Assembly: GCA_019057635.1 (NCBI GenBank)
Contig: DXJL01000165.1
Location: forward strand, 1 to 18,188
Length of the DNA stretch: 18,188 nt
Direction: 5' to 3'
Source: Candidatus Heimdallarchaeota archaeon
GTDB taxonomy: Archaea; Asgardarchaeota; Heimdallarchaeia; Hodarchaeales; Hodarchaeaceae
Shown here: positions 1-8,745 of the stretch, piece by piece
How positions within the stretch are numbered: position 1 is the first letter of the stretch
How the letters are laid out: the number at the start of each line of letters is the position of its first letter
Position numbers and translations under genes: made by a program
The notes under the pieces: generated by a model
What the model was told of the DNA's origin: nothing
The model's input: only the letters and a program-made list of their open reading frames with translations
Databases searched by the model: none

Positions 1-349
1 AAGAATAAGAATTATTTGCATCATGATATGTAACATTATATTCTAAGACTTTTGTCATAAATTGATAAAAGGATTCCTCTTGACTGTAATCCAGATTGGA
101 TGCATCATCAACAATGAATAAGATGTGGGGCTGTTGAAAAGGTTGAACAGAAAATAACGGAAGATTAGGCATATTTTCATAAGAATGATTTTCTGAATTA
201 CCAATCAATGGTGGAACCGTGTGAGTTATGACCGAATGATCACTGAAGGTATTCAAACCGTTCAAAGAGAGCGAAGAAAAAACAACAGCGGCACAAAGCA
301 TACATACTAACAAGGAGGCCCCTTGTTTTTGAATTCTAGACAAGGGCAA
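1..349 (-). CDS. 5' part of a probable secreted/surface protein (runs off the window start; not in the ORF track)
   Basis: Manual translation from TTG at 349 (or 343), with an in-frame TGA just upstream, is open to base 1: LPLSRIQKQGASLLVCMLCAAVVFSSLSLNGLNTFSDH...PHILFIVDDASNLDY... The basic then hydrophobic N-terminus resembles a signal peptide. Confidence 0.7.
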   Translation of the reverse strand, partial: MPLSRIQKQGASLLVCMLCAAVVFSSLSLNGLNTFSDHSVITHTVPPLIGNSENHSYENMPNLPLFSVQPFQQPHILFIVDDASNLDYSQEESFYQFMTKVLEYNVTYHDANNSYS

Positions 350-743
350 TCAATTCAACTCTTTAAAATGAGATTCTAATCTATTCTACTTATCAAGAAC
401 TGTCAATTCTATTTGAAGGTTCCTCAATAATTTACTAAGAAAAGCATAACATTCCTCTAATTAAAAAACACAATGAGTTCAGAATTAATTATTGTAAAGC
501 AATGGGAGACATTGTTCACTCTGTTATGGAGAAGACTCAATGATTTTCCCAAGATTCACTTAATCCTGATTTTAAGATATCGGTGCCTGAATGAATCGGC
601 ATTAATGTCATGCACTCAGTTACACATGCTGGCCAGGCATTGCGATTACAATCCCATTATATACGTAATATTTTGGAATAAAATTTCGAACACCCGTTCG
701 AAAATGTAGATTATTATACCCAACGATTATTCATATCCACCTG

Positions 744-2318
744 ATGCTGGATTTAATACACAACAAAGGTGAAGGAGTGCAGTTACGAATAATTTATACG
801 GTTATTCTTTTATTCTTGAGTGTAATCACTCAAAGTGGTTTGCCAATCACAGGTAAAACTGAGGCACATATTGTTCCCACTCAAAGACAGATGGAGACCA
901 TAATTCAACCTTTCGATGTTGTCAAACCCTCTCATTATGGTCAGGATTCAAGGGCGTTTGAATCTTCTAAAAGAGTGCCGTTTTCAATTCGGTACACAAA
1001 AACCTTTGAAGTGGGCTATCAGCGTACCTTCTGGTCTTGGGACTTCACTGATTCAATATACTATCTAATAAACGCAACAATACTTGGTGTTGGGATGTAT
1101 TGCTATGTTTTTTTGGAGAATAGCTGTATTTCGGAGCTTGGGGAATCAAATGCATATACACTTACAGAAACGATCTGCTCTGAATTTGACAATATAATCT
1201 ATCCTAGAGTTACAGATTTAGCGGGCCATCCCAATGGAACTTTAGGGGATATCGATGGTGACCCTAGAATTGTTATTTTACTTTCTCGTAATTGGACATC
1301 TTACTATTCTCAGAGAAACGAACAAGTTTTGGATTACAGCAATGAATGCGAAATGATTTACATCTACTACCAACTATCTCAATGGCCATTTTATTTACAT
1401 ACTACCATTGCACATGAGTTCCATCATCTTATTTGGTTTAACAATGAGTTTGATGAGCCCCACTTTACTCTAGAGGGATTAGCAGAATATTCCACGTACC
1501 ATTCAGGTTATCTAACATCGTATTCCAATTTAACCTCACGTGTGGCTGATTTTCTTCCACATCCAGAAGATTCACTCCTATATTTTAATGTATACAGCGA
1601 GGAGGGAATGCCCAGAGCTATCGATTATGGAAGTGCATATCTATTTACCTTCTACCTTGCAGAAAAATATGGTTTGGATACCCTTCGTAAATTAGTCAAA
1701 GAGCCAGCTGATGGTCCTAAAGGTATTGAGAATGTTCTTCAATCGTCTGGTTATAATGTCACATTCAATGAACTTTACTTAAATTGGATTACTGCAGTAA
1801 CAATCGACGAACCTGAAGTAGCGAATAACCTTTACGGCTTTTCACAGTTAAATGCTCAAATATCTGGTTTTAGCGTCGTGAATGAATTTCCCATTCATAA
1901 CAAAACCATATTACTTCGCTATTATGGTTTCCATGTTTTAAAACTAAAGGAACTACCTGATAAATTTACGCTCCAGATAAAAAAAGCCCCTCTTCAGGCT
2001 ATAGGTGTCTCTCTTGTTATTCATGATTCCAACGGATGGCAATTCTACCAAAATCTTCACGATGAATCAAATGAGATCATTAATAACGATTTTTCCTGTG
2101 ATTCAATAGATGAATCGTATTTCATTACTAGTTACATGTTGAACCAAACGCCAACTGATCCCGTTGATTTTGGTATTGGTCCATTGACAAACATTTCCAT
2201 CTCCATAATCCAAACACGAATAACAACTACAACAAATCGTACTTCGGGTTATACTCTGTTTCCTATTCAACTGATCATTGGGATTCTTTGTGTCAAATTC
2301 AAAAAAAAAGATCATTAA
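744..2318 (+). CDS. Secreted, C-terminally anchored zinc metallopeptidase (clan MA, gluzincin-like)
   Basis: HEFHH (HExxH) followed by EGLAEY third-ligand motif; N-terminal hydrophobic signal (likely true start GTG 777); C-terminal TTTT linker, hydrophobic stretch and KFKKK tail. Confidence 0.85.
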   Translation: MLDLIHNKGEGVQLRIIYTVILLFLSVITQSGLPITGKTEAHIVPTQRQMETIIQPFDVVKPSHYGQDSRAFESSKRVPFSIRYTKTFEVGYQRTFWSWDFTDSIYYLINATILGVGMYCYVFLENSCISELGESNAYTLTETICSEFDNIIYPRVTDLAGHPNGTLGDIDGDPRIVILLSRNWTSYYSQRNEQVLDYSNECEMIYIYYQLSQWPFYLHTTIAHEFHHLIWFNNEFDEPHFTLEGLAEYSTYHSGYLTSYSNLTSRVADFLPHPEDSLLYFNVYSEEGMPRAIDYGSAYLFTFYLAEKYGLDTLRKLVKEPADGPKGIENVLQSSGYNVTFNELYLNWITAVTIDEPEVANNLYGFSQLNAQISGFSVVNEFPIHNKTILLRYYGFHVLKLKELPDKFTLQIKKAPLQAIGVSLVIHDSNGWQFYQNLHDESNEIINNDFSCDSIDESYFITSYMLNQTPTDPVDFGIGPLTNISISIIQTRITTTTNRTSGYTLFPIQLIIGILCVKFKKKDH

Positions 2319-2459
2319 GGAAATTCAAGCTACAAAGCTATCGAATAGCCACACATAGAGGTACTTTTTTCTTCTCATTCCTCGTAAAGGTGAACCTGAA
2401 TACTTGTTATCCGAAATCTGCCGAGAATTCAGGAAGAAGGTAGAAGAGATCAAGAATTT

Positions 2460-2825
2460 CTAGCGAAGCAACCGTTCAATATGTTTAGACTCAATTCCTA
2501 GAATCTTCTTCAATAAAAAAGGAGTTTTTTTCACCTTTCGTGTTTCTCTTAATTCTAATGCGATTTTATACATTAAATCGTCTTTTGTAGCTTTAAAATA
2601 TTGCATCAATGCATATAATATGGTTCGAGTTGACTTCTTCGTCTTGCTTTCATACTCTGAAATATACTTAACCAGAGATTCTGTCGTAAACGTTAGTTCC
2701 TCATTATATTGCTTTTGAATTGCGAGATAATCCTCAAAACGTTTGACAAATAGGACACATTTTTCAATGACGTTTGGTTGCCTTCCTGATTTCTTTAAAA
2801 ACTCTCGGAACACCTCTTCATCCAT
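2460..2825 (-). CDS. Hypothetical helical protein, possibly a 3'-truncated DUF4332-type (HhH) protein
   Basis: ORF track 2460-2846; MDEEVFREFLKK at 2825 is the more plausible start. It stops right after PFLLKKILGIESKHIERL, which looks like the start of a helix-hairpin-helix unit. Family assignment is from recall only. Confidence 0.5.
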   Translation of the reverse strand: MDEEVFREFLKKSGRQPNVIEKCVLFVKRFEDYLAIQKQYNEELTFTTESLVKYISEYESKTKKSTRTILYALMQYFKATKDDLMYKIALELRETRKVKKTPFLLKKILGIESKHIERLLR

Positions 2826-2924
2826 AACAATACAATCCCAATTCATTCGCTAAGGTCTTCTTGAACACTGATACAAAACAATTTAAAATCGTTTTTGAAA
2901 TGTTTTGTTCTCCAACGATGATAA

Positions 2925-3929
2925 TTGATAGAAAGTGGAATGAAAATGAAAAACGAACCTCCTAAAAAGAAAAGAAAATCAAAAAATCAATCTGACGATT
3001 TTTACCGAAATATGTCTATTCCTCGCTTTACTGGTATCTCCACTTTCATGCGAACACCTTATATTACTGATCTATCAAACTTAGATATTGCAATCATTGG
3101 AGTACCTTATGATGGGGCAGTTGAAAATCGACCCGGTGCTCGTGATGGTCCGCGTGAGATCCGTAAGATGTCGAGTATGATGCGCTCTATTCACCATGCA
3201 ACACGAATAAATCCTTACAAGAATTGTAGGATTGGAGATGTAGGAGATGTACCCATTACACATTATTTTAGTATCCAAGACGCTCATAACGATATCACTC
3301 GGTTCTACAATAAAGTTCATGCAGATGGGGTAATTCCAATGAGTGTTGGAGGGGACCATTCTATTTGCTTACCGATCTTTCGAGCAATTGCCAAAGATCA
3401 ACCAATTGGGTTAATTCATATTGATGCGCATACTGACACCTGTGATGAGGAAATGGGATATAAATTCACACATGGTACACCATTCCGCCGTGCAGTTGAG
3501 GAAGGCCTTCTTGATCCTGGGAGAACAATTCAAATTGGCATTCGTGGAGCTCAGAATTCCGAAGAAGGTTGGAAATACTCTCATGAGTCGGGAATGCGTG
3601 TTGTTTTTATTGAAGAATTCATGGAACAGGGAGTGGAGGCTATAATTAATGAAACACGAAAGAAAGTGGGTAATAGCCCCACTTATATCTCTTTTGACAT
3701 TGATAGCCTCGATCCAGCCTATGCTCCAGGAACAGGCACACCAGAAGTAGGAGGAATATCTACATTTGATGCTCAAATGTTATTAAGGGGATTACGAGGT
3801 TTAAATCTCGTTGGAGGAGATCTTGTTGAAGTTTCTCCTTCTTTTGATCCCTCAGGCAATACAGCACTTGTAGCTGCAACAATGATCTACGAGATATTGT
3901 GTCTCCTCTCAGAATCTTGTTCTACATAA
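2925..3929 (+). CDS. speB: Agmatinase / ureohydrolase family enzyme
   Basis: GVPYD..RPGARDGP, GGDHS, DAHTD, HGTPF, SFDIDSLDPAYAPGTGTP and DLVEVSP motifs. Substrate (agmatine versus other guanidino compounds) not resolvable. Start may be ATG 2940 or 2946. Confidence 0.9.
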   Translation: MIESGMKMKNEPPKKKRKSKNQSDDFYRNMSIPRFTGISTFMRTPYITDLSNLDIAIIGVPYDGAVENRPGARDGPREIRKMSSMMRSIHHATRINPYKNCRIGDVGDVPITHYFSIQDAHNDITRFYNKVHADGVIPMSVGGDHSICLPIFRAIAKDQPIGLIHIDAHTDTCDEEMGYKFTHGTPFRRAVEEGLLDPGRTIQIGIRGAQNSEEGWKYSHESGMRVVFIEEFMEQGVEAIINETRKKVGNSPTYISFDIDSLDPAYAPGTGTPEVGGISTFDAQMLLRGLRGLNLVGGDLVEVSPSFDPSGNTALVAATMIYEILCLLSESCST

Positions 3930-3980
3930 GAGTAGTTTGGATAAGAAAGGAAAATTTCACGATTCTTATTGAGATTATGA

Positions 3981-4070
3981 ATAGGAGTGGGTACTGGAAC
4001 TGGTGTAGCGATTAGTGTCGCAATTGGTTCAGCTTTGGATACTAAAAATACGAACGTAGCCGAAAGTTAA
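3981..4070 (+). pseudogene. Fragment of a small glycine-zipper membrane protein
   Basis: Reads IGVGTGTGVAISVAIGSALDTKNTNVAES* directly after an in-frame TGA; GxxxG-like repeats. Confidence 0.4.
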
Positions 4071-4246
4071 CATTATAGTTCAAATTTCATTAATTTGGGG
4101 AGTCTCTGGTAATATAAATTCTATTCATTAAAATTTTGTCTTTTAATTTTCTATTAAGCTGATTAAAAATTGCCTACCCGATTTTTTCCTTGAATTCTTT
4201 CTTCAAATCAAAAAATATAAAAATAGATTTGATTTTATGTTAATTA

Positions 4247-4780
4247 ATGAAATATTCCTTTGATTTTATGTACAAGAAGATGAGAGAAAATGATACTTCT
4301 TTCGATGGATTGTTTTTTCCGTGTGTAAAAACAACAAAAATATTCTGCTTACCATCCTGTAAAGCCAGATTACCACTGAAAAATAATGTAGAATTTGTCT
4401 TTTCATCTAGTGAAGCAATAAAGTACGGTTATAACCCCTGCAAACGATGTCATCCATTAAATGCTCCATTTTATAACCCTGACTGGGTAGAAGATGTGAA
4501 AGCACATTTAAGCGAAAACTTTGACAGACGAGTTCCAGATACTGAATTAGCTAATTTAGTTAATCAAGATATTAGTACCATAAGGAGATATTTTAAGGAT
4601 CAATATGGGATGTTGATCAAAGATTTCCATCGAACTATACGGCTTAATAAAGCAAAGGAATTGTTATCTAATGGAGGAAAAGTCACTGAAGTAGCCTCTT
4701 TGGTCGGTTATCAATCAGTTAAGGGCTTTAAACTAGCGTACAAAAAACAATATGGGGAAATTGAAAATGAAAAACCTTGA
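4247..4780 (+). CDS. adaA: AdaA-like methylphosphotriester-DNA methyltransferase / AraC-type regulator
   Basis: Ada Zn-binding motif VKTTKIFCLPSCKAR...PCKRCHP plus C-terminal AraC HTH (RLNKAKELL...VTEVASLVGYQS..F...YKKQYG). Confidence 0.88.
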   Translation: MKYSFDFMYKKMRENDTSFDGLFFPCVKTTKIFCLPSCKARLPLKNNVEFVFSSSEAIKYGYNPCKRCHPLNAPFYNPDWVEDVKAHLSENFDRRVPDTELANLVNQDISTIRRYFKDQYGMLIKDFHRTIRLNKAKELLSNGGKVTEVASLVGYQSVKGFKLAYKKQYGEIENEKP

Positions 4781-5402
4781 AAACATTGAAATGACGGATA
4801 AAGTAGTATTGAAACCTCCTCAACCTTCTTCTCGGGCCTATCAACTCAATAAAATGGCACCTTTAACATTTAAAGAGGTGAAAACATCCATAGGAATAAT
4901 GATGTTTGGAAGTACTACACAAGGCCTGTGTCTGATGGATTTCAAATACCGAAAGAGTTTTCCCAGGATAATCAACCAAATAAAGAACTATTATGGAAAA
5001 AATATTTCGTATGGTACAACAGACATTATCGAACTCGCTGAAGAGCAATTGAAATCTTACTTAGAAGGAAAATTGACATCTTTCACAGTCCCATTAGATA
5101 TCAAGGGATCTGAATTTCAATTAAAGGTATGGAAAGCACTGTTAGATATAAAATATGGGGAAACTGTTTCTTATATGGATATTACACAGAAGATTGGGCG
5201 CCCTGGAGCGGTTCGATCGGTAGGAAATGCAAATGGACAGAATGGAATTGCAATTATTGTTCCCTGTCACCGTGTCGTTGGGTCAGATGGTGCACTTATT
5301 GGGTATGGAGGTGGACTCCCAATAAAAAAGAAATTATTAAAACTAGAAAGTGGAGAAAAAGGCAAATTTATTAGTCAAGACTTAATGAATTTCTTATCTT
5401 GA
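4752..5402 (+). CDS. ogt: Methylated-DNA--protein-cysteine methyltransferase
   Basis: GSEFQLKVW, AVRSVGNANGQN, active site VPCHRV and GYGGG. Overlaps the adaA stop; start may be ATG 4767. Confidence 0.95.
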   Translation: MGKLKMKNLENIEMTDKVVLKPPQPSSRAYQLNKMAPLTFKEVKTSIGIMMFGSTTQGLCLMDFKYRKSFPRIINQIKNYYGKNISYGTTDIIELAEEQLKSYLEGKLTSFTVPLDIKGSEFQLKVWKALLDIKYGETVSYMDITQKIGRPGAVRSVGNANGQNGIAIIVPCHRVVGSDGALIGYGGGLPIKKKLLKLESGEKGKFISQDLMNFLS

Positions 5403-5486
5403 CAAACCACAAGGGATGTAGAAAGTTGTAACAAAGTGGGAGTTTGACCATTCGTACTATAGGGTCGTGAATGAATTTCGCAGGTT

Positions 5487-6047
5487 TTAGAATACTAGGA
5501 AATATCTTGGAACTTTTTTTATGTATTCTTGGTAACTATCCCCATATTGTTTCATACATGCCTTTTCCTGCGCAAGAATTTGGAAGTGATTAAAGACTCT
5601 GGAAATCACTAATAGAATGAAAATCATCCAAGAACCGACAGTAAATCCTATTCCAAACAGAATTACCGATAACATTGTTTCTTGGGGATTCCTTGAAACG
5701 CTATAAAGCCCTTTGGTCACAGGTTGATCCAAAGGAGTGGTAATAAAGTTTAATGTGGCAAGTCTAAGGCCAACCATTCCAAATAAAAACATAACAATAC
5801 CCAAGAAGAATTCAATAAACTCAGACGTAATAGGAGTTAAGATCATTAATATCATTGTAGGAATTGCAACGAATTTACCGCTTAACGTCAAGAACCACTG
5901 TTTTCTATCAAAATTTGATCTATCAAGAAGTTTATCTCTCATTTGTTTTGAAACAAATGTCAAGTTATATAGTTGAAGGAGAAAAAAAGAGAATAGAAAT
6001 ATCCAACCATTAAACAGTGTTAGTTTTAACTCTGGTAAGAACTCCAT
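5487..6047 (-). CDS. Isoprenylcysteine carboxyl methyltransferase / PEMT family membrane methyltransferase
   Basis: Several TM helices; VTKGLYSVSRNP and QEKAC...YG..Y..Y...VPRY C-terminal signature. Confidence 0.8.
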   Translation of the reverse strand: MEFLPELKLTLFNGWIFLFSFFLLQLYNLTFVSKQMRDKLLDRSNFDRKQWFLTLSGKFVAIPTMILMILTPITSEFIEFFLGIVMFLFGMVGLRLATLNFITTPLDQPVTKGLYSVSRNPQETMLSVILFGIGFTVGSWMIFILLVISRVFNHFQILAQEKACMKQYGDSYQEYIKKVPRYFLVF

Positions 6048-6073
6048 TTATATCCCTTCACTACGAATTACTG

Positions 6074-6088
6074 TGTGAATATTTCACA
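6074..6088. promoter_or_regulatory. Palindromic candidate operator TGTGAA-TAT-TTCACA
   Basis: Perfect 6-3-6 inverted repeat 27-41 bp upstream of the minus-strand start at 6047, next to a TTTATAG (minus strand) TATA-like box around 6094-6100. Confidence 0.4.
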
Positions 6089-6266
6089 AAGCGCTATAAA
6101 TGTTTTCAGCTGTGAACATTAAGTATTATTCTCTTCGACCATTCTATCATCGCTTGAATAGATTAGCTTAATGCAAAATTTATGACAATCATTCAGATGA
6201 ATTTGATAAGATTCATAAATCTAAAGGACTTATAAAAAAACTCACATAAAAAATAACTAGCTAGGA

Positions 6267-7136
6267 ATGAAATCTGACTTGGGAATGCATGTTCTAGTTG
6301 TATTCGGATTGGTAGTTAACATAATTTCTCGTCTTATAGGGGTAATTGTATCTTTTGATATGTATTCCAAAACAAAGGAAAGTAGACATTTTCTACAACT
6401 CATGGGTTGGATTTTTCTATTAATTTCTGCATTTCCACCATTTGGTACAACTTTAACTCAAGATCTCTTAATTGTGAATCTCTTTCTTATCACAAATGTG
6501 GTATGCCTTAATATTGGCTTATATTTGCTAATTACAGGACTCTCCATGTACTTCACAATATATTCAAGAAATATTGTAGGAAGTGGTTTACTGATGATTA
6601 TAATCGTACCAATATCCGTGTTCATTCTCCTTGACGTCTCAATAGCTGTCAATGTTTCTGTTTTCATTCAATTTCTTATAATAATGATTTTTCTTACTCT
6701 AGTATATTCCAATCGAAAAGAAATCAGAAATATTTTACAATACAGTTATGGATTGATTGTTCTCTTGATGATATTCTTGATAGGTTTTCTTATCGTTTAC
6801 GTGTATGTTATTACACTTGTTCCTGATTATACTTACGGGTTATATATGAGTACTGATATTATAGCAATAATGGCGTACTATGCATCAGTTGCCATGGTAA
6901 CTTTACTTGGATTAATGGTTTTCCTACATTTAGAGCAAGGAATCTATCTTAAAAAGAAAAATCTCTTAACAGATGATTATTCACATAAGATTGGTAATAT
7001 ATTACAGATCATTATGGGTGCAGGAACTACAATTAAAGCATCATCTGATTCAAGCGAGGTAAATACAACTGCTGATTTAATCTTGGAGAGATCTGAAGAA
7101 GCGGGAGAATTAATAAAAAAAATTAGGGAGATGTGA
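6267..7136 (+). CDS. Multi-pass (~7 TM) membrane protein with a C-terminal HisKA/DHp-like helix pair and no ATPase domain
   Basis: About seven hydrophobic segments, then DDYSHKIGNILQIIMG (H-box-like); the protein ends about 40 aa later. Confidence 0.7.
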   Translation: MKSDLGMHVLVVFGLVVNIISRLIGVIVSFDMYSKTKESRHFLQLMGWIFLLISAFPPFGTTLTQDLLIVNLFLITNVVCLNIGLYLLITGLSMYFTIYSRNIVGSGLLMIIIVPISVFILLDVSIAVNVSVFIQFLIIMIFLTLVYSNRKEIRNILQYSYGLIVLLMIFLIGFLIVYVYVITLVPDYTYGLYMSTDIIAIMAYYASVAMVTLLGLMVFLHLEQGIYLKKKNLLTDDYSHKIGNILQIIMGAGTTIKASSDSSEVNTTADLILERSEEAGELIKKIREM

Positions 7137-7483
7137 GGAAAAAAAGTCGAATAAGTCACCGAAATTACCTTTTTCAATAACGAGCTTCGAATTCCTCTGA
7201 CATACGGTTCATAAGTTGTCATTATAACTAACCGTTTGAATTTTCTATCTGTTTTTTGGAATCCTGAAGTATAAGAGTACTTGTAGTGTTTCGACATGAA
7301 ATAAGCATTATACAAATTATATGGATTCTTCTAGGAGTGACTCCACACAAAAAAAATGTACTTTCTAGGATCAGACTGATATTTGTGTTATGCGGAAAGT
7401 TCTGACAAATATTCTTAAGTTAAATTATAAAAATCTAGATTCAAAAAAGGGATTTAATCTTATATGGATTAGGAGTTATTCTT

Positions 7484-8035
7484 GTGAGAGTTTTAATTGC
7501 ATATGGTACAAGATATGGAGCAACCGAGGAGGTGGCGGAACGAATGGCTGAATGGCTTAAAGCAGCTAATATTGAAGTAGATATTATTAATGTAAAAGCA
7601 AATCAATGGCCTGAACTAACTGAGTATACAGGCCTAATTATAGGATCAGGGATTAAAATCGGCCAATGGACAAAAGAAATTAAAAATTTCATTAAAAAGA
7701 AGAAAGATGCGATTAATAAATTTGATGGATCGAAAGTCTTCTTTGTTTGTTCTGGATATGCAGCTATTCCCGAAAGATATCAAGAGATAAAAGAAGAATA
7801 TTGTTTAAAAGCATTGACGGATTTAGGTGTTACTGTGGATGATTACGAAGCATTTGGGGGAATAATGAATGTCTCTCCCAGCTCGAACGTTGGCTGGTTG
7901 AATAAACAGATTTTAAAAGTAGCTGGTAAGGAATCACCTAATTTCGATCCTAAAGGCATAAATGATTACAGAAATTGGACAAAAATAGAAGAATTTACTC
8001 AAACCTTCATTCAAAGTTTGAAGGATAAATCCTAG
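7484..8035 (+). CDS. Flavodoxin-domain protein (HemG-like long-chain flavodoxin)
   Basis: N-terminal LIAYGTRYGATEEVAE FMN loop, IIGSGIKIGQW, FGG and C-terminal DYRNW..IEEF. Confidence 0.88.
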   Translation: MRVLIAYGTRYGATEEVAERMAEWLKAANIEVDIINVKANQWPELTEYTGLIIGSGIKIGQWTKEIKNFIKKKKDAINKFDGSKVFFVCSGYAAIPERYQEIKEEYCLKALTDLGVTVDDYEAFGGIMNVSPSSNVGWLNKQILKVAGKESPNFDPKGINDYRNWTKIEEFTQTFIQSLKDKS

Positions 8036-8113
8036 AGAGAATCTTAGTCTAATAAATCGATTGTTTGTACTCTTTTGCTTTTTTCCAAACCAGGTACATA
8101 AAACCTCTACAAA

Positions 8114-8402
8114 CCTAGACCTTCAGTCCTGTTTTGGTCAGGCTTTCTGTTAAACATCTTTTTCCCTTAGCGGGGAATCAGACGCACCTTCACCTGGAGT
8201 CGAGGTGTGACTGCAGGACACTATCCTGCCTCCTGAGCCTTAGCGTCGAGGCCTGTCTTCTAATCACAAGGTAATCAGAACGGTCACTCGTTAATTACCC
8301 AGGGGAGCTGTGAACTCGTCTTTGTCCTCCGTTGACGGCGTGGTCCGTTGCCTTCCCATCCTTCCATTGGTGGGAGAGTCAACCGTTTCGAATGACACTA
8401 GG
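8114..8402 (-). ncRNA. Candidate ~290-nt structured non-coding RNA, family not recognised, strand tentative
   Basis: About 54% GC over 8161-8400 (129/240 by hand count) in an AT-rich window; no long ORF; many inverted repeats; complementary ends CCTAG 8114-8118 / CTAGG 8398-8402; TATA-like TTTATAAG at 8431-8438. Confidence 0.5.
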
Positions 8403-8519
8403 GATGACAATTGAGTAGGGGTCTCTTTCCTTTATAAGAACCCCACTTTTTTGGAAATCTCTCCATTGTTTCAAGTGAAAAAATGGCTAGATATTTCTAG
8501 ATATCTCAGCAGCTGTTGA

Positions 8520-8699
8520 CCCACCCGAGTTTCACCAGAATATCAGGGACAAAGTTTTGGTGGGAAACTAATACAGGCAATAGTTGAAACTGCTGATTGG
8601 GAAGGAATACCGATGTATTTAGAAACGGAAACACATTCAATTTCAAACATCATCCGAATAATAGAAAAGAAGAAATTAACTGTTATAGATTATTGCTAA
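8520..8699 (+). pseudogene. GNAT acetyltransferase C-terminal remnant
   Basis: Frame after TGA 8517-8519 reads RVSPEYQGQSFGGKLIQAIVETADWEGIPMYLETET: acetyl-CoA-binding motif A plus the YLET strand; N-terminal half absent. Confidence 0.7.
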
Positions 8700-8745
8700 A
8701 CTTCCTTTATAGTCTTTGAAGTTAACGAAAAGGGTGAAATAACAA

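Noticed and set aside
473-709. 78-aa ORF
   Set aside because: No recognisable motif; lies in the divergent promoter region; probably spurious.
7182-7210. GAGC...CATACGGTTC resembling group II intron domain V
   Set aside because: Too short, the stem does not pair beyond about 5 bp, and there is no domain VI or reverse transcriptase.
8114-8402. Calling the island SRP RNA, RNase P RNA, a cobalamin riboswitch or a group I/II intron
   Set aside because: Only partial word matches (GGGAAGG, AACAGAA, GTGCG, GTTCACAG); the defining conserved elements are absent or in the wrong order.
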